From positions 42,932 through 106,931 of the forward strand of contig JASJAR010000008.1 in assembly GCA_030066905.1 (NCBI GenBank): a DNA stretch of 64,000 bases, in the 5' to 3' direction. The translations under genes and the position numbers were made by a program. The notes below the pieces were generated by a model, which was not told the DNA's origin, did not search any database, and was given only the letters and a program-made list of their open reading frames with translations. Source of the stretch: Paracoccaceae bacterium. GTDB taxonomy: Bacteria; Pseudomonadota; Alphaproteobacteria; Rhodobacterales; Rhodobacteraceae. This document shows, piece after piece, positions 10,761 to 22,571 of this stretch. Numbering within the stretch: the stretch's first letter is position 1; every line of letters starts with the position of its first letter.

Positions 10761-12419
10761 CTATCCCCTATCCCGCCACGCATTCGCAATCGGGTACCGC
10801 CGGTCGAGCCAGAATGCCCGCGGGGTGAGTCTTGTGCCCGGTGCCGATTGGAAGCGTTTGTATTCGGCAAGATAGATCAGGCGTTCGATCTTTGTGACCG
10901 TATCGCGGTCGAACCCCATCGCGACCACTTCAGCGACGGATTTCTCCTCGTCGATCAGCGCCTCCAGCATCACGTCGAGCTCCGCATAGGGCGGCAGGCT
11001 GTCTTCGTCCTTCTGGTCGGCGCGGAGTTCTGCCGTGGGGGGCTTGTCGATCACGCGCGGCGGGATCACATTGCCCGCCGGCCCCTTCATCCAGTCGCGG
11101 TGGTTGGCGTTCCTCCAGCGGCAGGTCTCGAAGACGCGGGTTTTGTAGAGGTCTTTTAAGGGGTTATAACCGCCGGCCATGTCGCCGTAGATCGTCGCGT
11201 AGCCCACCGCGACTTCGGATTTGTTGCCCGTGGTCAGAAGCATCTCGCCGAACTTGTTCGACAGGGCCATGAGGAGGAGGCCCCTTAGGCGGGATTGGAT
11301 GTTTTCTTCCGTAAGGTCTTCGGCGCGGCCGGAAAAAAGCGGCGCGAGCGCTTCGGTGACGGCGGCGCGGGGCCCGGCGATCGGCACCGTGTCGAGGCGG
11401 CAGCCGAGCGACTTTGCCACCGAGGCGGCGTCTTCGAGCGAGGTCGGAGAGGTGTATTCGGACGGCAACATTACGCAACGGACGTTCTGGGGCCCCAGGG
11501 CATCGGCGGCGATGGTGGCCACAAGCGCCGAATCCACCCCGCCCGAGAGGCCGAGGACGGCCCTTTCGAACCCGGTTTTGCGGAAGTAGTCGGCGAGGCT
11601 GAGGACCATCGCGCGGTAGTCCTGCTCCCAGGCGTCGGGGAAGACCTGGCGCGCGCCGGTTGCGGCGCGCCAGCCCTCGGGCGTCCGGGTGAAGTCGACA
11701 TGGACCACCGCCTCCTCGAACGCCGGCAGCGACACCGCGAGCGCCCCGCCGGGGTTCAGAACGAAGCTTGCCCCGTCGAAGACCTGATCGTCCTGGCCGC
11801 CGACCATGTTGAGATAGACAAGCGGCAGACCGGTCTCGACACTGCGCTCGACCATGAGGCCGAGGCGGCGGTCGAACTTGCCGCGGTAATAGGGCGAACC
11901 GTTGGGGACGAGAAGGAGTTCCGCCCCGCTCTCGGCGAGTGCCTCCGAGACGTCCGGCCACCAGGCATCTTCGCAGACCGGCGAGCCGATCCGCGCCGGG
12001 CCGATCCGGTAGGGGCCGGAGATCGGCCCCGGCGTGTAGAGCCGCACCTCGTCGAATACCGTCTCGTTGGGGAGATCGTGCTTGAGGATGCGGGCTTTCA
12101 CCGCGCCGTCTGCGAGGATGAAGTAGGTGTTGTAGAGGTTGCCGTCCTTCCGCCAGGGGCCCCCGATCCCGATCGCGGGACCGTCCGCACAATCTGCAGC
12201 CAGCGCCTCGATGGCCGCGACGCAAGACGTCTCGACCGCCGGCTTCATGACGAGATCCTGGGGCTGGTATCCGAGGATGAACATCTCGGCGAAGGCGATC
12301 ATGTCGGCGCCGGCGGCCTTCGCCTCCGCCCAGGCGCTGCGGGCCTTCTCGCCATTGCCGGCGACATCCCCGACGGTCGGGTTAAGCTGCGCCAGCGTCA
12401 GGCGAAATGTCTCGGCCAT
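10761..12419 (-). CDS. nadE: glutamine-dependent NAD+ synthetase
   Basis: 552-aa ORF with an N-terminal nitrilase/CN-hydrolase domain (MAETFRLTLAQLNPTVGDVAGN). The C-terminal synthetase domain has the SGGVDS P-loop (LGLSGGVDSALVA). Confidence 0.92.
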   Translation of the reverse strand: MAETFRLTLAQLNPTVGDVAGNGEKARSAWAEAKAAGADMIAFAEMFILGYQPQDLVMKPAVETSCVAAIEALAADCADGPAIGIGGPWRKDGNLYNTYFILADGAVKARILKHDLPNETVFDEVRLYTPGPISGPYRIGPARIGSPVCEDAWWPDVSEALAESGAELLLVPNGSPYYRGKFDRRLGLMVERSVETGLPLVYLNMVGGQDDQVFDGASFVLNPGGALAVSLPAFEEAVVHVDFTRTPEGWRAATGARQVFPDAWEQDYRAMVLSLADYFRKTGFERAVLGLSGGVDSALVATIAADALGPQNVRCVMLPSEYTSPTSLEDAASVAKSLGCRLDTVPIAGPRAAVTEALAPLFSGRAEDLTEENIQSRLRGLLLMALSNKFGEMLLTTGNKSEVAVGYATIYGDMAGGYNPLKDLYKTRVFETCRWRNANHRDWMKGPAGNVIPPRVIDKPPTAELRADQKDEDSLPPYAELDVMLEALIDEEKSVAEVVAMGFDRDTVTKIERLIYLAEYKRFQSAPGTRLTPRAFWLDRRYPIANAWRDRG

Positions 12420-12556
12420 GGTGCCTCCGGATGGATCGGGCGAGACTTAGCAGATGGTGGCGGGAGGAAAAGGCCGCACCCGAAACGTGTTGCGGGGCTT
12501 CGGGGGGGCCGGTAGATTGAGACCCGAACCGGGAAACGGGTGGGCGAGCGGTAGAG

Positions 12557-13996
12557 ATGACAGCATTCGCGACAGCGCTTCGGCGGGCCGGGGCGACAGG
12601 GATTGTGATCGTTCTGGCGGCGGGTATCGCCGCGGCGCAATCGGACGAGGTCGTCACCAAGCAGTATGACGACGGCGGCGTCTATCAGGGCACTTTCCGG
12701 GACGGCAAGCAGCACGGCACCGGCACCTACCGGCTGCCCAACGGCTATGTCTATACCGGCGACTGGGTGGACGGCGAGATTCGCGGCCAGGGCCGCGCGG
12801 AGTTTCCGAACGGCTCGGTCTACGAGGGCGAATTCGCCGCCGGCAAGCCCGAGGGCCGGGGCAAGATCACCTTCGCCGACGGCGGCACCTACGAGGGCGA
12901 ATGGGTCGATGGCAAGATCACCGGGACCGGCGTGGCGATTTACGCCAACGGGGTGCGCTATGAGGGCGGGTTCGTCGATGCGCTCCATGACGGACAGGGC
13001 CGGATGGAAAGCCCCAACGGCTATGTCTACGAAGGCCAGTGGGCCGGCGGGATCAAAGAGGGCAACGGCCGGATCACCTACCCGGACGGTGCGGTCTACG
13101 AGGGCGACCTGGTGCGCGGGGCGCGCGAGGGGCGCGGCACGCTGACGATGCCCGACGGGTTGACCTATGTCGGCGAATGGGCCGACGGACAGATCAACGG
13201 CACGGGCCGGCTGACCCAGCCAAATGGCGATGTCTACGAGGGCGAGCTTGTCGACGGCAAACGCCAGGGGACGGGCCGGGTGGTCTACGCCAACGGCGAT
13301 GTCTATGAAGGCACTTTCGAGAACGACCGCCGCCACGGCACCGGAACCTTTACCGGCACCGACGGCTATCTCTACACCGGTGCCTGGGTCGAAGGCCGGA
13401 TCGAGGGCGACGGCACGGTGACCTACCCCGACGGGTCGGTCTATGTCGGCACGTTCAAGGACGATCTCGCCGACGGGAGGGGCATGATCACCTATCCCGA
13501 CGGCAACACCTATGAAGGCGAATGGAAGGCCGGGGTGATCGAGGGCCAGGGCAAGGCGACCTATTCCAACGGGCTCGTCTACGAGGGCGGGTTCCGCAAC
13601 GCGCAGATGCACGGGGAAGGCACGATGACCTTCGCCGACGGCTACCGCTACGAAGGCGAATGGCAGGACGGCCAGCGCTGGGGGACGGGCACGGCCACCT
13701 ATTCCGACGGCACGGTTTACGAGGGCGGCTTCGTCGCCGGCCAGCGCGAGGGGATGGGGACGATCACCATGCCCGACGGCTTCACCTATACCGGCGCCTG
13801 GGTCGACGGCGAGATCGAAGGCCAAGGGGTAGCGACCTATGCCAATGGCGATGTCTATGAGGGGATGTTCGCCGCCGGCAAGCGCCAGGGGGAAGGGACG
13901 ATCCGCTATGCGAGCGGAGAGGTCCAGAGCGGGACCTGGACGAATGGGGCGTTGACGGAGCCTGCGGAGGAAGAACCGGCGACCGAGAGCCAGTAG
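12557..13996 (+). CDS. secreted MORN-repeat protein
   Basis: 479 aa with signal-like N-terminus MTAFATALRRAGATGIVIVLAAGIAAAQS. This is followed by about 19 tandem 23-aa units of the form Y.G.(W/F).(D/N)G...G.G.... Confidence 0.85.
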   Translation: MTAFATALRRAGATGIVIVLAAGIAAAQSDEVVTKQYDDGGVYQGTFRDGKQHGTGTYRLPNGYVYTGDWVDGEIRGQGRAEFPNGSVYEGEFAAGKPEGRGKITFADGGTYEGEWVDGKITGTGVAIYANGVRYEGGFVDALHDGQGRMESPNGYVYEGQWAGGIKEGNGRITYPDGAVYEGDLVRGAREGRGTLTMPDGLTYVGEWADGQINGTGRLTQPNGDVYEGELVDGKRQGTGRVVYANGDVYEGTFENDRRHGTGTFTGTDGYLYTGAWVEGRIEGDGTVTYPDGSVYVGTFKDDLADGRGMITYPDGNTYEGEWKAGVIEGQGKATYSNGLVYEGGFRNAQMHGEGTMTFADGYRYEGEWQDGQRWGTGTATYSDGTVYEGGFVAGQREGMGTITMPDGFTYTGAWVDGEIEGQGVATYANGDVYEGMFAAGKRQGEGTIRYASGEVQSGTWTNGALTEPAEEEPATESQ

Positions 13997-14010
13997 GCGA
14001 TGCCCAGGCG

Positions 14011-14050
14011 GGCCTGAGGCTGCGGAGAGGGGGGCTCAGACCTCGGTTTT
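14011..14050 (+). terminator. putative rho-independent terminator of the MORN gene
   Basis: GGCCTGAG (14011-18) pairs with CTCAGACC (14035-42) at 7/8, followed by TCGGTTTT. The T-run may belong to the adjacent repeat TIR. Confidence 0.45.
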
Positions 14051-14222
14051 GGCCTGAACGGGCCGTTCGGGTCTTGCTCCGGCAGCGCTTGGCGAAACAC
14101 GCCCCGGACTTGATCCGGGGCCTCGATCCACCGGAGTGCCAGGCCTGTCGAGGTCCCGGGTCAAGCCCGGGACGCGGGTTACTTGGGGTCGGGGCGCGCA
14201 GAATGAACGTCCGCTCCTGGCC
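14044..14222 (+). repeat. family-1 MITE-like repeat, copy 2 (reference orientation)
   Basis: cggttttggcctgaacgggccgttcgggtcttgctccggcagcgcttggcgaaacacGCCCCGGActtgaTCCGGGGCCTCGATccaccggagtgccaggcctgTCGAGGTCCCGGGtcaagCCCGGGACgcgggttacttggggtcggggcgcgcagaatgaacgtccgctcctggcc. Confidence 0.85.
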
Positions 14223-14529
14223 GGGACCGACGACCTAGACTATTCCCCAACGCCCTTTGCCGCCGGCCCGGGTTCTCCGGGGGCGGTCTGGGGCTGCCGG
14301 TTCGGCGTGTCTGGGAGTGGTCAGGGCTTGTGAAACAGTGGATCCACTGTAACCGGGTACCATCTCGCCCGGGTTTTTGCCCGAACGAAGCGGCCCCTGG
14401 GCCTTCCAAGCGATGCGCATCGCGGGGAGATGTATCGCCCGGAAAGGTAAATGGGTGCTGATGGCACCGCACGGTGGGGCGGCCGGGAGGCATCCTGCAC
14501 CCCTGCCCGTCGACTGCCGGCAGCGCCCG

Positions 14530-16056
14530 TTATACCCGCGCGCCCTGGTCCATGCGCCGCAGAAAGGCCTCGGCATCCTCCAAAACCTGCGCCCGGCGGT
14601 CCTCCTTCATCCGGTCCCAGGTGCCGTACATATTCGCCATCCGCGGGTTCTTGGAAAACCGCGCCCGATGCCGGTCGAGAAACGCCCAGTAGAGGAGGTT
14701 GAAGGGGCAGGCCCCCTCCCCGAGCTTCGTCTTCACGTCATAGGCGCAGCCGTCGCAATAATTCGACATCTTGGCGATGTAGTTACCCGAAGACACGTAG
14801 GGTTTTGAGGCCACCACCCCGCCATCGGCAAACTGGCTCATGCCGATCACGTTCGGGGCTTCGACCCATTCATAGGCGTCGGCATATACGGCGAGATACC
14901 AGTCGTGGACCTCCGAGGGGTCGATGCCCGCCAGAAGCGCGAAATTGCCGGTCACCATCAGCCTTTGGATGTGGTGGGCATAGGCCTCCTCCATCGTCTG
15001 GGTGACGGTCTCGGCGATGCAGGCCATGTCGGTGGCCGCGTCCCAGTAGAACTCGGGCAGCGGGCGGGTGTGGTTCAGAACGTTGCGGGAGGTGTAATCG
15101 GGGCCTTCGCGGAAATAGATGCCGCGGATGTATTCGCGCCAGCCGATGATCTGGCGGATGAAGCCTTCGACGGCGTTAAGGGGGGCATCGCCCGCGCGGT
15201 AGGCAGCTTCGGCGGCCTTGCAGACCTCCAACGGATCGAGGAGGCCGGCGTGGATGTAAAGCGACGTGATCGAGTGGTAGAGGAAGCGCTCGCCGGTGAG
15301 CATCGCGTCCTGGTAGTCGCCGAAGTGCGGGAGGGCGTGGGTCACCCAATGGGCGAGCGCGCGTTTGGCTTGGCCGGACTCGACGGCGAACCAGAACGGG
15401 CGAAGGTCCCCGTAGTTCGAGCCGAAGCGGTCTTCGACGAGGGCGAGGACCTCTTCGGTGGTCTCGTCCGGCGTAAACTCCATCGGACCCTTGTGAGAGA
15501 CCCCGTCGGGCGCGGGTTTGCGGTTTTCCGCGTCGTAGTTCCACTTGCCGCCCTCGGGGGCGTCGCCGTCCATCAGGAGCCCGGTTTTCCGGCGCATGTC
15601 GCGGTAGAAGTACTCCATGCGGAGGTCTTTGCGGCCATCGGCCCAGGCCTCGAACTCGGCGTGGGAGGCGAGGAAGCGGTCGTCTTCGAGAAGGGTGACG
15701 TCAAGCGGCGCCTCTTCGAGGGCGGCAATGAGGCGGTGCTCGCCGGGTTCGGTGGCGAGCGCCGCGCTCACCCCGTGCTTGTCGGCGTAGCGGAGAAGCT
15801 CGCCGGGGATCGAGCCGGTGTTATCGCCGTCGTCGAGCTTGGTGTATTCGACCTGCCAGCCGTCGTCCCTGAGCCGCGCCGCGAAATGGCGCATCACCGA
15901 GAAGATGAAGGCGATCTTCTTGGGGTGGTGAGGGACGTAGGTCGCTTCGTCGGCGACCTCGGCCATGACGACGATGTCGGAGCCCTTGTCGGCGGCTTTG
16001 AGCGCGGCGATGGCTGACGTGCATTGGTCGCCGAGAACGAGGATCAGCCGGCTCAC
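14530..16056 (-). CDS. cryptochrome/photolyase family protein, FeS-BCP / CryB / (6-4) PhrB type
   Basis: 508 aa starting MSRLILVLGDQCT. The C-terminal Cys cluster region YCDGCAYDVKTKLGEGACPFNLLYWAFLDRH is typical of the Fe-S bacterial cryptochrome/photolyase clade. Confidence 0.85.
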   Translation of the reverse strand: MSRLILVLGDQCTSAIAALKAADKGSDIVVMAEVADEATYVPHHPKKIAFIFSVMRHFAARLRDDGWQVEYTKLDDGDNTGSIPGELLRYADKHGVSAALATEPGEHRLIAALEEAPLDVTLLEDDRFLASHAEFEAWADGRKDLRMEYFYRDMRRKTGLLMDGDAPEGGKWNYDAENRKPAPDGVSHKGPMEFTPDETTEEVLALVEDRFGSNYGDLRPFWFAVESGQAKRALAHWVTHALPHFGDYQDAMLTGERFLYHSITSLYIHAGLLDPLEVCKAAEAAYRAGDAPLNAVEGFIRQIIGWREYIRGIYFREGPDYTSRNVLNHTRPLPEFYWDAATDMACIAETVTQTMEEAYAHHIQRLMVTGNFALLAGIDPSEVHDWYLAVYADAYEWVEAPNVIGMSQFADGGVVASKPYVSSGNYIAKMSNYCDGCAYDVKTKLGEGACPFNLLYWAFLDRHRARFSKNPRMANMYGTWDRMKEDRRAQVLEDAEAFLRRMDQGARV

Positions 16057-16718
16057 CAGGGGATCTCCTTGAAGGCGTAGTCGAAAAAGCCGCCCGACTG
16101 CGCGGGGCCGGCGGTTTCGAGCACGTCGGCGAGGTTCTTGGCGGCCGTCTCGGGCGGAACGGTCTTGTGGCGGCCGGCGTATTTCGCGGTGAAATCGGTG
16201 GCGACCGTACCGGGGTGGAGGGCAAGGACAGTCGCCTGCTTGTGGCTGCGGGCAAGCTCGATGGCGGCGGTGTGGAGAAGCTGGTTGAGGGCGGCTTTTG
16301 CGGTGCGGTAGCTCGCCCAGCCGCCGAGGCGATTGTCGCCGATGGAGCCGACCCGGGCCGAGAGGGCGGCGAACGTGGAGGGGCGGTCTTTCGGCAGGAG
16401 ATGGAGGGCGTGTTTCAGCACGAGGAAGGGCCCGATGGCGTTGAAAGCGAATTGATCGGCGAGCGCCTTGGGCGTGACCGCGCAGATCGTCTTTTCGGGC
16501 TCGGCCCCGTCGATGACGAGGGCACCTGTGGCCACGACGATGAGCTCGAAGCCGGGGGCCAAGCGGGCAAGGCCCGCTTCCACCGCGCTTTCATCTGTGA
16601 CGTCGAAGCCGTCGGACGAGCGCGACAGCGCGGTCACCGCCCAGCCTCTGCGGTCGAGTTCGCCGGCCAGTGCCGCACCGATCCCGCCCGTGGCGCCGAT
16701 CACCAAAGCCCGTTTCAT
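16053..16718 (-). CDS. SDR family oxidoreductase
   Basis: ATG at 16718 gives MKRALVIGATGGIGAALA (TGxxxGxG) and the catalytic motif YRTAKAAL (YxxxK). A 4-nt ATGA overlap with the photolyase gene suggests an operon. Confidence 0.8.
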   Translation of the reverse strand: MKRALVIGATGGIGAALAGELDRRGWAVTALSRSSDGFDVTDESAVEAGLARLAPGFELIVVATGALVIDGAEPEKTICAVTPKALADQFAFNAIGPFLVLKHALHLLPKDRPSTFAALSARVGSIGDNRLGGWASYRTAKAALNQLLHTAAIELARSHKQATVLALHPGTVATDFTAKYAGRHKTVPPETAAKNLADVLETAGPAQSGGFFDYAFKEIPW

Positions 16719-16795
16719 GCGCCCTCCCCGATTGACCACGGCTGAGATAGGGCCACCTCAGAAGATGACGAGCCCCCTGCCCCGGAGCCCTCCCT

Positions 16796-17557
16796 ATGCG
16801 CCTCGCCCTCGCCGCCCTTCTTCTGGCCGCCGCACCGGCCGCCGCGCTCGATCTCAGACTCACCAACACCTACGATCTCGCCCGCCCGGCGAGCCTCGAT
16901 TACGACCCGACCTTCTGCGGGCTCTGGATTGCCAACGAGAGCCGGGAACTGGTGCTCGTCACCCTCGACGGGCTGGAACTGAGGCGCTTTTCTTCCGACC
17001 TCCGGCGCATCAAGGCGGTGACCCTCGAAGGCGACAACCTCCTTATCGCCGACGGGTTCGGTGGGTTTCAGCGGGTGACGAAGGACGGCACCGCGCTTGG
17101 GCCGCCCTTCGAGGTCGAAGGCGGCTGGGCGGATACTGAAGGGATCGCCATCGGCGAAGACGGCACGATCATCACCGTCGAGGACGACCCCGAGCGGCTC
17201 ACCTGGTTCACGCCCGAGGGCGAGATCCTCCGCCAGATCGATACGAAAGACCTCGACCCGCCGCTCATCGAAGCCCAAGGAATCGCACGGGACCCCCGCA
17301 CGGGGCATCTTCTGATCGTCGACGATCTCGAAGGCACCAATTCGCTCTATGAGTTCACCGAGGACGGGGAGCTTCTGGCCACCCAGTCACTCCTCGAATA
17401 TGGGCTCGACCCTGAGGGCATCGCGATCCGGCCGGGGTCGGGGGAGATGTTCATCGCCTTCGACCAGGGCGCGCGGATCGCGGCGTTCGAGTACACCCCG
17501 ACCCTGCCCGAAGGCGCCGCGCCGCTGCCGCCCGGGGCCGATTGCATGATGTTCTGA
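16796..17557 (+). CDS. secreted hypothetical protein (possibly beta-propeller, SdiA-regulated/YjiK-like)
   Basis: 253 aa with signal peptide MRLALAALLLAAAPAAALD. It has repeated D..EGIA / D.(E/A)QGIA motifs. The family assignment is tentative. Confidence 0.4.
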   Translation: MRLALAALLLAAAPAAALDLRLTNTYDLARPASLDYDPTFCGLWIANESRELVLVTLDGLELRRFSSDLRRIKAVTLEGDNLLIADGFGGFQRVTKDGTALGPPFEVEGGWADTEGIAIGEDGTIITVEDDPERLTWFTPEGEILRQIDTKDLDPPLIEAQGIARDPRTGHLLIVDDLEGTNSLYEFTEDGELLATQSLLEYGLDPEGIAIRPGSGEMFIAFDQGARIAAFEYTPTLPEGAAPLPPGADCMMF

Positions 17558-17595
17558 TTTCGGTCTATCCCGGGGGCCTTCCGAGGAGGTCCGCT

Positions 17596-18243
17596 ATGGG
17601 CGAAATCGTGCTGGTCCGCCACGGCCAGGCTAATACCGGTGCGAAGACCGAGGCCGAGTACGACCGGCTTTCGGAGCGCGGCAAGACGCAAGCCGAATGG
17701 CTCGGAGCCTGGATGGCGGCCCATGAGGCGGCGTTCGATCTGGTGCTGTCCGGCACCATGCGGCGGCATCTCGAGACCGCCCAAGCGATGGGGGTGAGAC
17801 CTGAGCGCCAGGACGCGCGGCTCAACGAGATCGACTATTTTGCCCTCGTGCGCGACATGGAGACGACCCACGGGGTACCCGAGCCCGAGACGGAGGCCGA
17901 GTTCGCCGCCCATGCGGTGCAGACCTTCACCGCCTGGCACCGTGCCGAGATCGCCGGGGGCGAGCCCTTCGCGACCTTCGAGGCCCGGATCAAGGCGGTG
18001 ATCGAGGAAGCCGCGGTGCCCGGGCGCCGGGTGCTTTGCGTGACCTCGGGCGGGGTGATCTCGATGGCGCTGAGGATCGCGCTGGGGCTCGACACCGAGC
18101 GGCTGGCCCATGTGCTGGTGCCAATCCACAATTCCTCCGTCCACCGGTTCCGGGTGCTCGAGCACGGCACCTATCTGGCGTCGTTCAACGCGATACCCCA
18201 TCTCGACTCTCCAGAACGGGCGGCGTTCCGGACGTTTACCTGA
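17596..18243 (+). CDS. histidine phosphatase (phosphoglycerate mutase-like) family protein
   Basis: ATG at 17596, after GAGGAGG, gives MGEIVLVRHGQANTG (the RHG catalytic motif). Confidence 0.8.
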   Translation: MGEIVLVRHGQANTGAKTEAEYDRLSERGKTQAEWLGAWMAAHEAAFDLVLSGTMRRHLETAQAMGVRPERQDARLNEIDYFALVRDMETTHGVPEPETEAEFAAHAVQTFTAWHRAEIAGGEPFATFEARIKAVIEEAAVPGRRVLCVTSGGVISMALRIALGLDTERLAHVLVPIHNSSVHRFRVLEHGTYLASFNAIPHLDSPERAAFRTFT

Positions 18244-18265
18244 GGGGGAGAGTGCGGTGCGTGGC

Positions 18266-18444
18266 CGGTTTTGGGCTGAAGCGGACGTTCGGGTCATGCT
18301 CCGGCAGCTCTTGGCGAAACACGCCCCGGACTTGATCCGGGGCCTCGATCGACCGGAGCGCCAAGACTATCGAGGTCCCGGGTCAAGCCCGGGACGCGAG
18401 TCACTTGGGGTCGGGGCGCGCAGAATGAACGCCCGCTCAAGGCC
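18266..18444 (+). repeat. family-1 MITE-like repeat, copy 3
   Basis: Near-identical in layout and length to copy 2, with the same two hairpins, centre and ends. Confidence 0.85.
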
Positions 18445-18524
18445 AACGACGACGTCCAAGTCATCCCGCACCGATTGCACGCTAGGGGCTTTTCAACGCC
18501 GCCGGGGTCTGTATGCTCCGTCCC

Positions 18525-18581
18525 ATGGTATCGACGCACCATACGCGCCTTCTCGGCCTCCTTCTTCTTAGCCGCCTCTGA
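18525..18581 (+). promoter_or_regulatory. leucine-rich leader peptide ORF upstream of leuA (attenuation-type control)
   Basis: ATG GTA TCG ACG CAC CAT ACG CGC CTT CTC GGC CTC CTT CTT CTT AGC CGC CTC TGA encodes MVSTHHTRLLGLLLLSRL: 7 Leu in 18 codons, 76 nt before leuA. Overlapping alternative stems follow it: CCTCTGAGCG (18574-83) with CGCTCAGGGG (18605-14), versus GGCGC (18597-601) with GCGCC (18622-26). Confidence 0.6.
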
Positions 18582-18656
18582 GCGTGCCATCTCGGCGCGA
18601 CCGCTCAGGGGAGGATCAGCGCCGGACCAAACCTCAGGCTAAGACGAGAGATCCCT

Positions 18657-20255
<1,599 letters not shown>

Positions 20256-20266
20256 GGCATTACCCC

Positions 20267-20377
20267 CTGCCCCGGGCTTGGCCCTGGGCCTTGATCCTAT
20301 GGAGCGCTCCATTTGTTCGAGGCCCCGGGTCAAGCCCGGGGCGGGGTTGCAAGGTCGGCGGCGTCGCGCCAAAGGCC
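20267..20377 (+). repeat. family-1 repeat, copy 4 (left arm missing, diverged)
   Basis: ctgCCCCGGGcttggCCCTGGGCCTTGATcctatggagcgctccatttgtTCGAGGCCCCGGGtcaagCCCGGGGcggggttgcaaggtcgg... starts 12 nt after the leuA stop. Confidence 0.65.
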
Positions 20378-20488
20378 GCAAGCGCCCCCTATCCCCCAGT
20401 AAACAGTCGCCTTAATGTCGCCGGATTGTCCCGTTAGCGCCTCGTTAGGGTCAAGCTGCGCAGTTTGGCTTTGAATTGGAACCAATGA

Positions 20489-21661
<1,173 letters not shown>

Positions 21662-21680
21662 GCCCGATGCGGGGACGCAC

Positions 21681-22571
21681 TTGGCACGCGAGAGAGCATC
21701 AGCCGACGCCTATTCCGGCCCCGTCAGACGGCTTCTGACGGGGCTCGTTCTGATCTTGCTCATCGGTGTGTTCCTGCTCTGGCGGATCGACAGCCCGCGC
21801 GCCGAGCGGCTGCGCGCCAATGTGGTCGACGCCATCGTACCCTCGCTCGACTGGGCCATGGTGCCCATCGCGACCGGCGCCGACATGCTGGAGAACGCCC
21901 GCTCCTATGCGCGCATCTATGAGCAGAACCAGGAGCTTCGGCGCGAGCTTCGGCAGATGCGGTCCTGGCGCGAGGCGGCGTTGCAGCTCGAACAGCAGAA
22001 CGCCAAGCTTCTCGACCTCAACAATGTCCGGCTGGACCCCAAGCTGACCTATGTGACCGGTGTTGTGCTGGCCGATTCGGGCTCGCCGTTCCGCCAGTCG
22101 GTGCTCCTCAATGTCGGTGCCCGGGACGGCATCCGCGACGGCTGGGCGACGACGGACGGGCTGGGGCTGGTGGGTCGAATATCCGGCGTCGGGCAGAATT
22201 CCTCGCGCGTGCTCCTGCTCACCGACCCCGAAAGCCGGGTGCCCGTGACGATCCAGCCATCGGGGCAGGATGCGATGCTCACGGGCGACAACACCCGCCT
22301 GCCGCTCATCGAGTTCGTCGAAGTGCCCGAGGCGGTGCGCCCGGGCGACCGGGTGATCTCGTCAGGCGATGGCGGGGTGTTCCCCGCGGGGCTCCTCGTC
22401 GGCCAGATCGCCCTCGGGCCCGACGGGCGCCAGCGGCTGCGGCTCGCGGCCGATTACGAGCGGCTGGAATTCCTCCGCGTCCTGCGGTCGAGCCCGCCCG
22501 AACGCATCGAAGCCCCCGGCGAACTGATCGCGCCGACGACCCCGCCGCTCGCGGAGGCAACCGATGGGTGA
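21681..22571 (+). CDS. mreC: rod shape-determining protein MreC
   Basis: ORF 21681..22571 with a TTG start. It has an N-terminal TM, a coiled-coil (QNQELRRELRQMRSWREAALQLEQQNAKLLDLN) and a beta-barrel region. Confidence 0.85.
   Translation: MARERASADAYSGPVRRLLTGLVLILLIGVFLLWRIDSPRAERLRANVVDAIVPSLDWAMVPIATGADMLENARSYARIYEQNQELRRELRQMRSWREAALQLEQQNAKLLDLNNVRLDPKLTYVTGVVLADSGSPFRQSVLLNVGARDGIRDGWATTDGLGLVGRISGVGQNSSRVLLLTDPESRVPVTIQPSGQDAMLTGDNTRLPLIEFVEVPEAVRPGDRVISSGDGGVFPAGLLVGQIALGPDGRQRLRLAADYERLEFLRVLRSSPPERIEAPGELIAPTTPPLAEATDG

Noticed and set aside
14351-14378. Possible rho-independent terminator AACCGGGtaccatctcgCCCGGGTTTTT.
   Set aside because: It has only a 5-6 bp stem with a 10-nt loop, which is too weak to call as a feature. 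It is mentioned under the 14223-14529 finding.
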